In this document: positions 53,801 to 63,002 of the stretch, piece by piece
How the letters are laid out: each line of letters opens with the position of its first letter
Position numbering within the stretch: the first letter of the stretch is position 1
Source: Obrimoposthia wandeli
Lineage: Eukaryota
DNA: 64,000 nt
Reading direction: 5' to 3'
Assembly: GCA_977020255.1 (NCBI GenBank)
Contig: CDROCS010006203.1
Location: 124,001 to 188,000 of the forward strand
Made by a program: the position numbers and the translations under genes
The notes under the pieces: generated by a model
Database searches by the model: none
The model's input: the letters and a program-made list of their open reading frames with translations, nothing else
What the model was told of the DNA's origin: nothing

Positions 53801-56800
53801 TATCAAGAACTGTTTAAAATAATTTGATTCATTCGAATAAAATTCTGAAGTTAGATTGAAATGTGCTAAATAACATTTCAATTATAAAGAATGAAAATAT
53901 TTTGGAGTTGTTAACATTTAAATCAAGTGTGTATTGGACAGCAAACCATCGGTTTAAAACGACAAAATTCCAAACAACGCAACTAGAAGGTTATAGTAAT
54001 ACTAAGCCAAAACAATTTTTAATCCCTTTTCTTATTTAAAATAATGTTTCTAAGATATTCATAATTTAAAATCTAATGTTAAGGGTTTAATGGAGATAAA
54101 ACAAATGTTTCTGTAGCAAATTTTAGAATTATATTTTTAGGAAAATACTGTCCAAAATACGGCATTTCCTAAAAGTTTTGATAGTTTCTCTTTATAATTC
54201 GATACCAATTGAAAACAATCAGTATAAAATTAAATTAGCTTATTTAAATTTTCCATAATTCACCACACTTTTGGAGACCCTATAGTAAAAATAAAGTTTA
54301 GGAAAAATATAAATTTTACAGCATAGGTTTTATTTTTAAAAAAAAACGCTGCTTTAAATATAAGTTAGTACGCTCATTAAGTGAAATTTAAGAATTATTG
54401 TTTTTGTTATATTTATATTTTTGAGTGTAATAAAAAATTCTGCTGACTTGTCGATTAATTTTGTTATGGATAACTTTTCACATTATTTACAGATTAAATG
54501 TTATTTTCTGCATGCAATATTTTATAATATTTTCCTGGCCACATCAAATATCGCTCCTGATATAATTGTGAAACCTATTTTTCAATTCATTTTAGAAATG
54601 CTGTAAATATGAGTTTTAAATGATTTTAGACATTTACAGTGAATCATGAACGATTAATTTGAATTTTCTATTCACTATTGAATTTCGGTAGCACTTTTTG
54701 TACTTCGTTTCGTTGTTTAACTTTCATAGACAAAAAATATCGCTCAAAATCGTATGAAAAAACAAGCCCTTGTAAAAGAATATACACAGAGCTTTTCGTT
54801 GAACATTTTCATATTAACAAATCTTCCCAATTCATGTTATTTCTTGGATTTTCAAGCAATGATTCAATGTGATTTACCGTTATTTATCACTCTAAAATGT
54901 ATTAATTGATAAACAATGCTTCTAAAGAGTCCATTGATAAATCTCTATTTTAAATATGTACCATAGCAATATTAGTGAAACAACATTAAAAATGCATTTA
55001 TAAATTTGGTGCTGCAGTCTAAAATATTTACTCCATTCTAAATCTGATAAGGTAAAATTAGTCTATTTGTGTCAAAGATTCTAAACAAATAGATTAAGTT
55101 ATTGCCCAGAAATTGTTTTCAGAAGTGAAACATGTGATATAGAGATTCCGAAAGTTTCATTTGTGTAGGTGATGTGTTTGTCTTTATCTCGGTTGCAGAC
55201 TTGCCACCCTTTATTCTCTATTCGCCTCATAATTCTGATTACTTGTGATCAATTTACATATTCATAAAACATGTTGCCTTCAAACGGAAATAAATCCGTA
55301 ATTTATCTTTTTTTGAACATATTTCTGAAAGATATAGCTGTAGATTCTTTAACACACGCACACGATTAATGGATCTCAACTATTTTGATGACATTAATAT
55401 TATAAAAGGTGTTTTGAAGAGTCCAGTTTCAATTCTTCGAAATTGACTCAAACAACATGTTTTTCAACCTGGACTAGTTTTATCTCTTATTTTGTTCAAA
55501 GTATTGTTCAAAGCTTGTGCTTGAAAAAACTTTGAATATAAATAGTTATAGATGCTCTTGGTACATTTTCCAAGTCTTAACAAAATATGCTCAAAACTTT
55601 CAGTTATTTAAACTAAGAGTCGATACGAGCAAGAATTGGGACATTTCTGTAATTAAACCCCAAAATATCTACAAATCACGCCTCCACACATTATATGAAC
55701 CTCAAATTTGGAATGTAACAAGTTATGGATGATGAGGCTACCCATTCCATGTTTCTGTACATGCTGCTTTTAATTCAAATACATCCGAAAGTTTAATTCT
55801 AAACAAACTGAAACTACCATTTGCTATATTTACCAGTTTCATTATATTTAAAAGTCCCGCCAATCGCATCACGTATGGATAAGGATATGGTATGTTATAG
55901 ACTCTAGTATAGAGAGTGATGCAAACAGCAGGATATAGAGACATACAAATCAAGAGATTTTAAGACATGGAAATACAATTTTAAGTGTTAGCCGAAAGCT
56001 TTTTTAAAACTTAAAAATATACCAACATCCGTAAATTTTTATTGTTCTTCTTAAGCAACCAAAACATAAAACATATTTTTAAATATAATTATCAAACTAT
56101 TTTCTTTTTTAAAGTAAATTATAAATTAAATCAATATTAAATGAAGATTTTTTACTTTTTATTTTGTTTGTGTACTATTGGTTTTTCAAAGAATTTAATT
56201 AATGAAACTTTAAAAATTCAAATAAGTGTAGATATTTCAATTATTAGAAAATTAATTGATAATTTATTCTAAAAAATATTTAAAATAACAATACATTTCT
56301 TAATTTAAACGTGATTTTTCATATAGTTTCAAAACTGATTCCAGACAAAACATTCAATTTATAAGGATTACTAAAGAGAGCTTTTCAATGGACTGAATTC
56401 TTGCTAAATTGGTTTATTATATGTTGGGTTATTATTTGATTTCTATCAAGTTTTTTTGATTAAAAATGTATATTAAAAAAAAATTAATTGAATCAGCATG
56501 ATGTAGTAATTTTAATGAAGTCTAATAATGAGATCTTTACAACAGGTAGACTGAAAATCATTAAAAATTGTTATTTAGAGTTTTATAATTAATATTTTTA
56601 GATACAGCAAATGAAATATCTCGTTCGGTTACTGTCAAACCAACCGTACCTTAAAAACTAGTTTCGTATATATCTAATTTTCAAAAATCATTTTTGATAA
56701 ATAAACAAATCAGAAAAGACATGCAAGTATGTACTAACTTTTCAAAAATGAGCATTTATTCAATACTGCAGAATGTTATGTAAACAAACTGCAAATGATT

Positions 56801-59800
56801 CAACACATAGCTGCACATTTGCTTTCAAAATAAAGGAATGGGGAAGTATAAATAATAAACTAAGAGTCTGGTTGGATACCTGTTAGAAAAAGAATAATTT
56901 ACTTAAAAAGTGACATTGATAAAGAAGTGTTTAATAAAGAAAATATATGTGAACTAATACCAGAAAACGAGGTTCACATTGCAATAAATTTGAAAAATTA
57001 CAGAAAAATGTAAATAAAAATAACAAATTCTGAAACAAATGCACAAGAAAAAAAATTTTCCAACATTTTCTAAGAAATTTGTGAAAATTAATAGTTACAA
57101 AACTTCAAGAGGCAAGTTAAATCCCATTTACTGCATATGTGTTATCAGCAGCTGGATAAATAAGGATCTGAAGATAAAGAATTGTGACATGAAGAGAGCA
57201 TATCCGAGTAACAGCTGTCAGGTTTGGCACGTACAATACTTGTTTATCTGTCTATTATCTATAATAACATTCGAATACAAGTTGAAATAAAAGCTTATTT
57301 TGAACAATAATTGAACTAAAATTAGATCAAATAAATTACTTTGTAAAATATAAAAATATGTAATCATAAAATCAACACATGAAAACTTGAAAATCAGTTT
57401 TATCATGTTGCTTAAAATTTATAATAATAGTAACATATAAATTTCTCTTATTATCGTGTACTTGTTTAGTGAGGATCTTCAATTGCATCTTAACAAGGGA
57501 GAATATGGTAATAGAATTAATTCACAAGACAGCTATGGATATCACATACTCAGAAATACGGTACAAAACTATTGATTTATTTACAAATGTTTACTCTTGA
57601 TGATAAAAGCTGTTCATTCAAGTACCACAGAATCTTCAACGGCGATATTTTGGATTACTGTTTGATAAAAATAATTCTTAACAGATTTTGTGGTTATATG
57701 AAGTATATTTAGTCGATAATAAAAATGTCTTTCATCATTTAAATTACTTTGGAGACTGTTTGCAACAATAACAAAGCTCTCATTGTAGCCTCATTCATCA
57801 CCTTTTAGTTGTCATTATGGAAGCGTCTAGGCACTGCAGGATTGATTGCTTCCACCTGATTCACGTTAGTGTTTCTCCTGATTCTAGCGCTTGTTGTGGC
57901 CAAGTACCAAAATGGAGTATGTTGTATTGTACCAACTGTGGTCAGTCAAATATGCTGGATCGCTACTTTTGCAAGCCTACAATAGAGATGCAACCACTCT
58001 AGATACATCCTGAGGTACACTGAGTGAACTTGTACACAAATCGACTGGTTGACTGTCTCCCACGACTCACTTCTCCCTCCACATATATCTGTCTCTCTCC
58101 ACAGTCACTATTGTTAAGAATAGACCACAGCAAAAGAGAGATAGACAGCAGGATGGACATCATCAGATTTATAGCCGGGAAACTGATTTCACTGTACTGC
58201 TAATACAACAAACGACGGCAATAATTCTCTCAACAACAGTCTCACTATGGCCTTTTTGCGTATTTTCTATTCTACCACTTAACTTTGCAACGAGTTTATG
58301 ATTGATAGATTTATTAAAAAGAAATACAGACAAAAATCACAAATTGAAAAATAAGTACTTTTTAGAAGTTCTTAGACATTACGTGTACTATAAACATACA
58401 AAATGTATTTTATGTTTTGAGTGAGCGAAGCGATTAAGTTTTGAAAAGCTGCTGATATACAAAACGAGTTTTTTAGTATTACGTAAGGTAATTTCTATAC
58501 AACCGAATTAATAACTTACTGATATAATAATACTGTAATCAAAATACAAAAAATCACATTTATTGATGGGACAAAAATTTTTAAGCGGAGTAGCTAAGAA
58601 ATGGCACGAAGACCATAATCTAAAAATAACCTTACTTCAAAATACCTATGGGTAAAAAGGTACTGTAAGTCGATATTTTCCGCTCACACAATATAGATAT
58701 TAAAAATTTGAAAAAGCCAAAATGAAGTCTACCCTAATACATACACCGACAAAGTTTTAGCTTCCTAAAACTCAAAGAATGAGTCAATAATTATAATATC
58801 TTAGATCAAAGTATACCACAGACATTTTTAGAACTTAAAAAGTATTTTCCATTTTTTGTGAACAATCATCAACTTTAATCACATATATCTACATTGCACT
58901 TTTGTAAAAAAAACAGTCATATATATAGTTGTCAGTTTTCAGTTTTGACAGTGTATGGTAGATCAACATCGATATAAAAATAGAGTTTGTAAGCCATAGA
59001 TAATTGTATAAATCACTTTTCCATGTCTTAGTTTCTTAAAAGCTAAAAGGTGCTAATTTATGATATATATCCTCAGCAATTTAAATAAAGCAAAGAATGC
59101 AAGTTTTAAATCATTAAAAACATACAGAAGAATTCGAATATTAATGTGAACAAGTGTATGTAGAGGGCTTGGAAATAAGATCTAAGCCTTTGTTGCTTTA
59201 AATGACCATTTCCTTTCGATTTAATGTGTAATGATTACGGTGTGCGCAGAGTTTAATTGTCGCTGTTGAGGCTATGTGAAGTAAAGATTACAATTATATG
59301 AATAAAACATCACACATATTTGTCAAACTTAAAACATGAGGAATTTTAATTTCATTTTTCAACACTTTCATTCATATCTAAATGAGCATTAGAACAATAA
59401 TTTGCAAGCAAAGCTTCAAGCGTGGCCAGAGCACTTACTTGAGACCAGTAAGAATCTCTACGACTGCATTGAAGTTGCCTATGCCATAGGAGACGAGGGC
59501 AAGTCTGAGAATGCAGGTGAATATGTTCTTTCTCTCCTCGTGGCTGGGTTGTGTGATAATCAGATGGATGATCCAGGAGCTCACCTGCACAGTGCACACC
59601 ATAATCAATATCTGCTCTTTCACCCCTGCTTATATATGAAAATTAATCGATAAATCTAGACAGGGACTATAAGGACATCAGAAAAATGGTCATTCATTCG
59701 TGATCCAGAATCTGCAATAGAATTTGTTGTGTAAATGTAAATATTTACGTGCAGTATTGGAATCATCATTGTCTTTTGGTTCAGTGTATCTTTATGTATA

Positions 59801-62800
59801 CAATTGGTTTCATCGTGATCCATATAACATAATCTTCAAATATACCGTATTTCTACTTCTAAGCCCCTACAATCATATACCCTCTAACAATCATCCAGCG
59901 TATAATAATCACTAAGCCTCCTATAATCATTCAGCCTTGTTAGAAGACCGAAGTTCAGGCATAATTCTATTAATAAATAAACAGCATTCATTGTTGTGCT
60001 GAACATATATATAGGTCATTGTTGAGTAATGTAAACATACCACACAATCACACATTCATCAGCATACAGATTACCTAAAGACCCGTAGGTCCGTAAACCA
60101 CAGTTTACACAATCTATTACATCTCCCTCGGTTTTTTAAATTGTTTTATCCATTCTATATTTCTTACTTTACATCTTTCATTGGGACATTTTATTTTGAA
60201 AGCTGTATCATGTATTTTCTCTGTTATGACTCCAGGACTCTCATAGCGATTATCATCCGTATTTCTAATAACTTTTTTACCAATACTTCATCGCCGATAT
60301 TAAAATGTCGATAACTATTTTCCTTAAAGTTATTTTCATTCTTTTGATTAATTCTGTTTTTGTAGTTTTTAAATGTGTCTTCGTCTCTTTCTCTGTCTTC
60401 AAACCATTCAAGAGCAATTTTTTTCAAAATATTATTTCAGCTGGACTCATATTTGTTGTTGCTTGTATAGTAGTATTCATAGAGAACTCTACTTCTGGAA
60501 AACGTCAGTCTGTGAATTGCACTGATTTTAGGACCTAAGAGACAGGAATATTCTAAGTTTTGAATCATTATATTTATAGAAGGTGAAATAATATAACATC
60601 ATAAATATTATTGTTTAAAGCATTTAAAAATAAATGTATATTACTAGAAACATCAACATATTTTTTTAATTTACAAATATCCAAAGTATCGCTAAAAATC
60701 ACTCAGACTCACACATTCACAATCAGTCAAACATTCATTGCTCAATATGACAATTACATTGTTATCGTTCGACTACCTCCTTGCGCAGTGGAGCGTTGAA
60801 GTTAGGGTCTAGAATCATCTTCACTGTCATCTCCAGAGTCATAGTCTTCAACTGCAGCTACTGGAATTCGGCTTCTGTGATCTCCTCGAACTTTGTAGCA
60901 TTGGTGCTTGAAATGGCCTTTCTTCTTACAATAAATAAACTTACAATATGGCATTCTGCTCTCGTATGTCCAAGCTCTTTACAAGACCAGCATCGTTTTG
61001 TAATTTGCGGATTATAATCGGAATTTCTTTGGTACGTTCTTCTATTTCCTTATTTTTTTCTCAAACCGATATTGACCGTTGTCTCTTTTCATTGCATGAT
61101 TCTGGTGTCGGTAATCAAGTTGTTAATTCAAACGACGCTGTTGATAAGGTGCCCTGGCAAACCATTGTTGATGTGGTCTTCTTTATGCTGCGTTTGCATA
61201 ACTCCTTCTTATTTTGATAGCAGCTAGTTCTTTAGTTGACGTCAAATCCTTTCTGATCGTGTCCATCCGAGAAATAGTTTCTTTTATTTCCTTCAAATCC
61301 TGAACATTGCGTAGCTTCAATTCTTTCAATGCATCTGAACTCATCGAGTTATCCAAAATGCATTTAATGATACTTTCTTTAGTAATAGCATGCTCCATAA
61401 TCTTCTTTGTCAAATTATCTACTTTTTTAAAATATGCATCAACATTTTCTGTAGTTCTTTTGTAACTCATAGCTTCTGATAAGCACTGGAATAATATTTT
61501 CTTCTGTAGAAAGGCTTTTCTGCATCGTTTTTCAAAACTTCCATCTTTAATCTTGTCTTCTCGCATTCATTGTTGGTTTCATTTGACAGGAACATTAAAA
61601 AATGTTCTGTCTTCACCCATTTCATAAATCTTAGGACATGGAATAAAGACACTTAAGTGTCCTGGCGTGGTTGCCATGTTAAAAGACCGAAGTTCAGGCA
61701 TACATTAATAAATAAACAGCATTCATTGTTGTGCTGAGGATATATATAGGTTATTATTGAGCAATGTAAACATACCACACAATCACACATTCACCAGGAT
61801 ACAGATCACCTAAAGACCCGTAGGCCCGTAAACCATAGTTTACACAATCTATTACAAGCCTCTAACAATCACTTAGCCTCTAATAATCATCTACCCTCTA
61901 ATGTCTATCTAGTACCTAAAAATCGCGTAGGCTCTAATATCCATTATAGTCCTAAAAATCGCGTAGGCTCTAATATCCATATAACCTCTAATAATCATCT
62001 AGCCTCCAATATCCATCTAGTCCCTAAAAATCACGTCGGCTCTAATATCCATATAGCCTCTAATAATTACTTATCTTCTAATAATCACCTAGCCTCTAAT
62101 AATCACTTAGCTTCTAATAATCACCTAGCCTCTAATAATCACCTAGCCTCTAATAATCGTCTAGCCTCTAATATATATCTAGCTTCTAATAATCGTCTTG
62201 TTTCTAATATTCATCTAGCCTCTAATAATTATTTAGCTTCTAATAATAACTTAGCCTCTAATATCCATATAGTCTCTAATAACCGTTTACCCTCTAATAA
62301 TCATCTGGCCTCTAAAAATCGCTTGGTTTCTAAAAAAATATTTTTTTCAGTACAACGATGTAAAGAAAAATTATGAAGAAATGACGAAATTTTTAAAAAT
62401 GAAGAAGACATGATCGCTGACGACCGAACAGATAAATATATAGAAGATGATGTTGACGAAGACAGTGTAGAAGTGTGTACTTCTGACGAGTCTAACTAAC
62501 CTGATAAAATAAATATTTCAGTTCATTGTCTTTTTATTTCTTGTTTTTATTTATTAATGTCATTAGAAAATTTTTCTAAAAACAATAATCTCCTTAGTAA
62601 ATATTAGAAGTAATACTATATTAATCCGACCCTTCAGTAAGTTTAATTTTATATTGACAAGGCATTAAACATGACAAACTAAATTATTTGTGAATGTAAA
62701 AGTGGTTGGGTATCACTGGAGCCAATACCACTCATTGGAGCTGCGTACCTCCTTAAGTCTTGTGATCATTGTCCAGACGCCCTTGTCGTTGTGCTGCTGC

Positions 62801-63002
62801 GGGATCTTACTGAGGTCAAGACTGACGTGCCGCACGTACGATTGCGGCCGAATCGATTGGAACAGTTTTGTTTCTACCTGCGCCAGCAGAAGCGCCACTT
62901 CTTCTGGGAACTGGATAAGCCCAGACAACTCCTCCAACTCCGCAGCATACACCATCCCGTTCTCCATGTCAGGTCGCAGACTTATTTGCCGGTCTGTGAT
63001 AT
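2754..63002 (-). CDS. PLCE1: Host phospholipase C epsilon (PLCE1-like), partial multi-exon gene spanning the window
   Basis: Minus-strand exons with GT donors and AG acceptors: 62749-63002, 59439-59584, 52229-52487 (RasGEF: [32 protein letters not shown]); 51097-51326 ([24 protein letters not shown]); 50702-51008; 47974-48630 (PH-like: [26 protein letters not shown]); 46100-46258 (VFGGRRWS); 30219-30527; ~10963-11337 ([13 protein letters not shown]); 10044-10294; 4395-4526 ([12 protein letters not shown]); 2754-2858 ([37 protein letters not shown] box). Domain order matches PLC-epsilon. Phases chain except between 46100 and 30527. Confidence 0.93.
4815..5300 (-). mobile_element. Mariner transposase fragment
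   Basis: [15 protein letters not shown] and downstream decayed DD34D-like segments; no paired TIRs verified. Confidence 0.55.
9290..9660 (-). mobile_element. pogo/Tigger (DDE_1) transposase fragment
   Basis: Minus strand reads LVLDSYSAH...[24 protein letters not shown] with stops, the pogo-type DDE core. Confidence 0.65.
10365..10925. repeat. 16-bp minisatellite (CACAACCTCGATCATG)n
   Basis: Many degenerate tandem copies filling most of the intron between the 10294 and 10963 exons; source of the 16-aa-periodic ORFs 10539 and 10669. Confidence 0.9.
11876..11975. mobile_element. 100-bp Tigger/pogo-like MITE
   Basis: TA|cagagaaactctgatataatg ... catgaggttttactg|TA imperfect TIRs. Confidence 0.5.
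11990..13486 (-). mobile_element. Decayed hAT (Buster/FAM200-type) transposon
   Basis: Minus-strand fragments [20 protein letters not shown] (CxxH) and [31 protein letters not shown]; TIR-like cagcggtcccacaaacc ending near 13486. Confidence 0.7.
13659..14186 (+). repeat. Left terminal inverted repeat, containing a 76-bp palindrome (13665-13833)
   Basis: Reverse complement of 28202-28763 apart from a few substitutions and a variable AAAATTT low-complexity tract. Confidence 0.95.
14243..14893 (-). CDS. Polinton hypothetical protein (~216 aa from MNSKQ), possibly ssDNA-binding
   Basis: Only minus-strand gene of the element. Low-complexity acidic/basic N-terminus, beta-rich C-terminus ([10 protein letters not shown]...[10 protein letters not shown]). 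ATG at 14893 preferred because the longer ORF start overlaps the TBP gene. Confidence 0.6.
   Translation of the reverse strand: MNSKQTKSLKFEKPPPTRLTDTDVDTDDDDVVFISKPKKQTMTSNNHKQTKTIKIEKQATNEDLFIDDIVSTPKHKKPFNNKPSDVIFESNDLKYTKPVMFYNWQMNFLKTPIIYGFMFPVALNKSKYDFKIHRLNPSDIDDLNKTFESMHLNIIVGNHIIIRADPNLFKRDHDFNVDNMGTGLKWMIVISIQGYKINCTGLHKPIWKITDGQVRL
15021..15509 (+). CDS. TATA-binding-protein-like protein, 150 aa, spliced (15021-15150 + 15187-15509)
   Basis: Repeat 2: [61 protein letters not shown], versus TBP YEPELFPGLIY...LIFVSGKVVLTGAK. Repeat 1 (LANINY...[14 protein letters not shown]) is restored by removing a 36-nt GT-AG intron containing an in-frame TAG. Confidence 0.88.
15551..16450 (+). 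CDS. iap: Inhibitor of apoptosis (BIR + RING)
   Basis: BIR: LAKAGFY...[14 protein letters not shown]...[16 protein letters not shown]-terminal RING: CVVC...[26 protein letters not shown]. Confidence 0.92.
   Translation: MLVDYILHYTTVDDVLVRRKVGYSRMKVLHWKYRRESERLRSLIINFKGKQSINDLAKAGFYKHDDDSTDKVKCIYCQGALSEWEWYLKPMKQHMKFFPTCPFLLKLNVSNVPIIETMNKKIDFDTSPLIGKVHVSDIDIKLPDICYSKCLGPYNEANVIEKIETDCIIEYPLTIEKFDMLMDTNQIRYLKKFFTKDRIKSVLKYKMMRYGEYNSLFELLCDLSNLEMKPEKQYINILSYILKVPECVVCLNNHIEVVFLPCGHVNTCISCSRMLHSCPVCRCLIERRVRNVKFHGINN
16469..16735 (+). CDS. Small Polinton hypothetical protein (88 aa)
   Basis: ATG-TAA ORF tightly packed between IAP and ATPase, flanked by TATAAACA motifs; hydrophobic C-terminus. 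Confidence 0.55.
   Translation: MDENDKLVDDAVEEIINGTINGVQYFSSFDGLSRNNIKEIVCTHVYRDIKRIKDFETFVQINRSNMMYITFSASIFNSLLLYILIKRI
16766..17413 (+). CDS. A32/FtsK-like DNA packaging ATPase
   Basis: Walker A GPSGSGKT, Walker [23 protein letters not shown]...[14 protein letters not shown]. Confidence 0.96.
   Translation: MMIKLKNNAVYQIVGPSGSGKTHFVTKLLQNKNMFNQKFSRIYWHYGGVGESGLTRTELGKLKGIHFINGFDNKWSERLNSGDVIVIDDLYDEANKESGFNNLFTKIARHRNVTVIFITQNLFHQGGQHRTRNLNVHYLVLFKNPRDQTVIDFVARQAFPCNKQYLIDAFQDATTNPHGYLFLDFTQECPDDLRVRTDIFNNDFVYKQKKSLSTC
17416..17727 (+). CDS. Lysine-rich basic protein (putative DNA-condensing core protein)
   Basis: [29 protein letters not shown]; sits in the virion-morphogenesis block. 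Confidence 0.6.
   Translation: MSFMKETMPSGVGPKWRPGDKLHANDNKFMLKKNAHIKNLIKSVLHQRKVVDESLKKSVKTVKRKPVKKKPLKKKPVKKAVGKSVKKSDKKHVNKLVGKWIKL
17759..18088 (+). CDS. Conserved Polinton small virion protein with QKGG|F site and C-terminal amphipathic helix
   Basis: Ends [30 protein letters not shown]. Confidence 0.7.
   Translation: MLSKSILPYFQALIKAPSIYRQRILKSFPPFVIDKLVVVLFNITKGTVKIGNHKHNLRKHQKALLDLVNTKSKTGKRRVILKQKGGFIGALIPIIATLVSPLIAKLINS
18140..19172 (+). CDS. int: Retroviral-type (rve) integrase with chromodomain; two -1 frameshifts in this assembly
   Basis: D (WQADLM), D (QTDKGKEF), E (VERFNRTL, in the shifted frame), C-terminal YLVKWHGY chromodomain. Frameshifts at A5 18566-70 and A4 18654-57. 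Confidence 0.93.
19136..20305 (+). CDS. Minor capsid (penton-like) protein with large insertion
   Basis: N-terminal FYMILPSNS...[16 protein letters not shown] and C-terminal [36 protein letters not shown] are typical of Polinton mCP. Confidence 0.85.
   Translation: MDQSKPDRDFYMILPSNSCPKTQPNNMASLFTVDWENPITLNGKWEAALTEFTYTNTPVILNKGSEINYSIKLSNQQTDQISLSVIHTQVEVEKKEPQLHGDKSEPKVIKKTINKISKLTVTSKDKIAKLSISLSTVGVGIDKKDNVVLIKSVNNKKFYIKMDADAKNELGFIFNTLTSEGFESDDKGVLLGSTSIRPDCSAHNLQYMHYKTGSYNKKIVFTEDLNNNNVNALVAYIKSKCDVIFKRFYIDDNDKLIKFVLKNGIEHIGFDQRLMYVLGLDKSRFTGNGSGLPRLNYEFDHMYLYSSLCEPVNVGGQMIPLLKSIWLDKNKAPGDTVNIAIYRPMYIPLASNVISNIEINIRNDAGVPISFSNNAKVSLTIHVRCIDQV
20342..20749 (+). CDS. Conserved Polinton protein with QxGxG site followed by an amphipathic (membrane-active-like) helix
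   Basis: QQGGE, QYGSG|[25 protein letters not shown]|RKK; lies immediately upstream of MCP. Confidence 0.75.
   Translation: MNIIETFSGPQQGGELPYFVGKQYGSGWLKTLGRLAFPILKRLGRVGVKTVQDVIMNNKSVLPMLKQHALGEVAGAIPEAKEAFGTVVKIIKNRRKRKACEAAQMVEPETKKQEGSGRKKASSINKRRKQGTIFA
20752..21984 (+). CDS. Major capsid protein (double jelly-roll)
   Basis: 410 aa; [24 protein letters not shown]-like [34 protein letters not shown] are Polinton MCP hallmarks. Confidence 0.93.
   Translation: MACGKSELCIFDRALPQVVVSNGSFEDIYPTNNITGTRTSEILFKIQGSDIEYLDLNDTLLFVKIKVTKTDGTEIAVADNVVPSNFLMHSLFKSIDITMNNTVVETHPQYAQKAMIETILNYSTDTKDTCLSSIGYDDDDDDDDKRKGWAARSKEIDLCGTLRSDIFEQPKYLLPGVSIMVRLVPNKSMFSLNYGTTLSRIIFIEAKLKVRRIRVENDVLMGHNIGLESRNAVYPYTRRKLMYHTLAIGSTSFYKDQVFDDEQLPKFVLITLQAGEKLIGNAATDSSTFDHSNVNTISLARNSDFNESYSTNFETGETTFAYVQSIIRNMGNLDKNINNGVSLDEFETKYPFFTFVLAPDFDITQNQLAKQGNLRLDIKFHKSLTVPTNVLIYGIFDSEFEITKGRRVIV
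21981..22360 (+). CDS. Adenain-type cysteine protease, spliced (21981-21985 + 22027-22360)
   Basis: [13 protein letters not shown] (His), YDPLG (Asp), Q...NCG (Cys). Removing a 41-nt GT-AG intron gives [16 protein letters not shown] overlaps the MCP stop (ATGA). Confidence 0.9.
22827..24041 (+). CDS. Spliced 387-aa protein: acidic/basic low-complexity N-terminus, ubiquitin-like domain ending LRGG, Cys/His-rich tail
   Basis: Exons 22827-22941 and 22993-24041 join in frame across a 51-nt phase-1 intron; a further 44-nt 5'UTR intron at 22783-22826. Ubl domain at 23637-23852. Confidence 0.75.
24066..27645 (+). CDS. polB: Protein-primed family B DNA polymerase (~1190 aa); one in-frame TGA and two -1 frameshifts in this assembly
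   Basis: [21 protein letters not shown]-terminal region, VYADFES (ExoI), [55 protein letters not shown]. Breaks at 24555 (TGA), ~25365 and 25896-99. Confidence 0.96.
27938..28177 (+). CDS. Small Polinton terminal hypothetical protein (~79 aa)
   Basis: ATG at 27938 downstream of three ATTGG repeats and TATAAATATAAACA; stop overlaps another TATAAACA. Confidence 0.5.
   Translation: MTTSKEKLQALYDNLSPTLMAQYTEKYFSLFVAPELFVSRIEELYMYHLFNGDFKPKVATIIKIEEEESMDCDNEYNYV
28202..28763 (-). repeat. Right terminal inverted repeat, containing a palindrome (28589-28757)
   Basis: Reverse complement of the left TIR; C/G homopolymer lengths differ (C10/G12 versus C11/G11). Confidence 0.95.
30960..31130 (+). mobile_element. 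piggyBac transposase fragment
   Basis: LTIDEQL...CTKPGKY motif, decayed. Confidence 0.55.
31410..32500 (+). pseudogene. Isolated decayed Polinton major capsid gene from a second family
   Basis: ORF 32058-32525 aligns by hand to MCP 20752-21984 at about 54% identity over 132 aa ([18 protein letters not shown], YPFxTFVL). Degenerate N-terminal MCP sequence (LPQI, NNITG, KYLL.G) lies upstream. No other Polinton genes or TIRs seen beside it. Confidence 0.85.
37040..37260 (-). mobile_element. Tc1/mariner transposase fragment
   Basis: [12 protein letters not shown] motif. Confidence 0.5.
37849..38085. mobile_element. ~240-bp hAT-type MITE
   Basis: ctctggtccccgaact ... ggtttggggaccactg imperfect TIRs; right flank gttTAgag fits a Buster-type target. 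Confidence 0.45.
39990..41640 (+). mobile_element. Decayed retroelement-like segment (possibly DIRS-type gag + RNase H)
   Basis: GC-richer broken ORFs: [21 protein letters not shown] (gag-like), LWATDATTS and [16 protein letters not shown] (RNase H-like). Family assignment is weak. Confidence 0.35.
47974..48630 (-). CDS. PLCE1: PLCE1-like exon, PH-like region
   Basis: 657-nt phase 0-0 exon: [52 protein letters not shown]. Confidence 0.85.
49021..50502 (+). mobile_element. Decayed Tc1-family transposon
   Basis: TIRs ccccgtttaaaaattttggagcca / tggctacaaaattttgaaacgcacta flanked by TA; FSDEK, VMVWAV and [16 protein letters not shown] motifs; inner copy of the TIR core near 50297. Confidence 0.8.
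52930..53110 (+). mobile_element. DNA transposase fragment (Chapaev3-like C-terminus)
   Basis: [33 protein letters not shown]; family name recalled from the motif, not searched. Confidence 0.45.
59938..61856 (-). mobile_element. Internally deleted Ty3/gypsy LTR retrotransposon (1.9 kb)
   Basis: LTRs 61677-61856 and 59938-60121 (TG...CA); 5-bp TSD AGCCT; 18-nt PBS 61659-61676 (complement of ...GTCCTGGCGTGGTTGCCA, tRNA-Arg-like); PPT gagggaga next to the 3' LTR; gag with zinc knuckle [14 protein letters not shown]; integrase tail [12 protein letters not shown]; no RT. Confidence 0.92.
61857..62330. repeat. ~18-bp minisatellite (TAGCCTCTAATAATCATC)n, continued at ~59860-59937
   Basis: Tandem degenerate copies on both sides of the LTR element. 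Confidence 0.85.
62749..63002 (-). CDS. PLCE1: PLCE1-like exon, start of RasGEF domain
   Basis: [34 protein letters not shown]; ttgcag acceptor, GAG|gtacgc donor. Confidence 0.85.
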
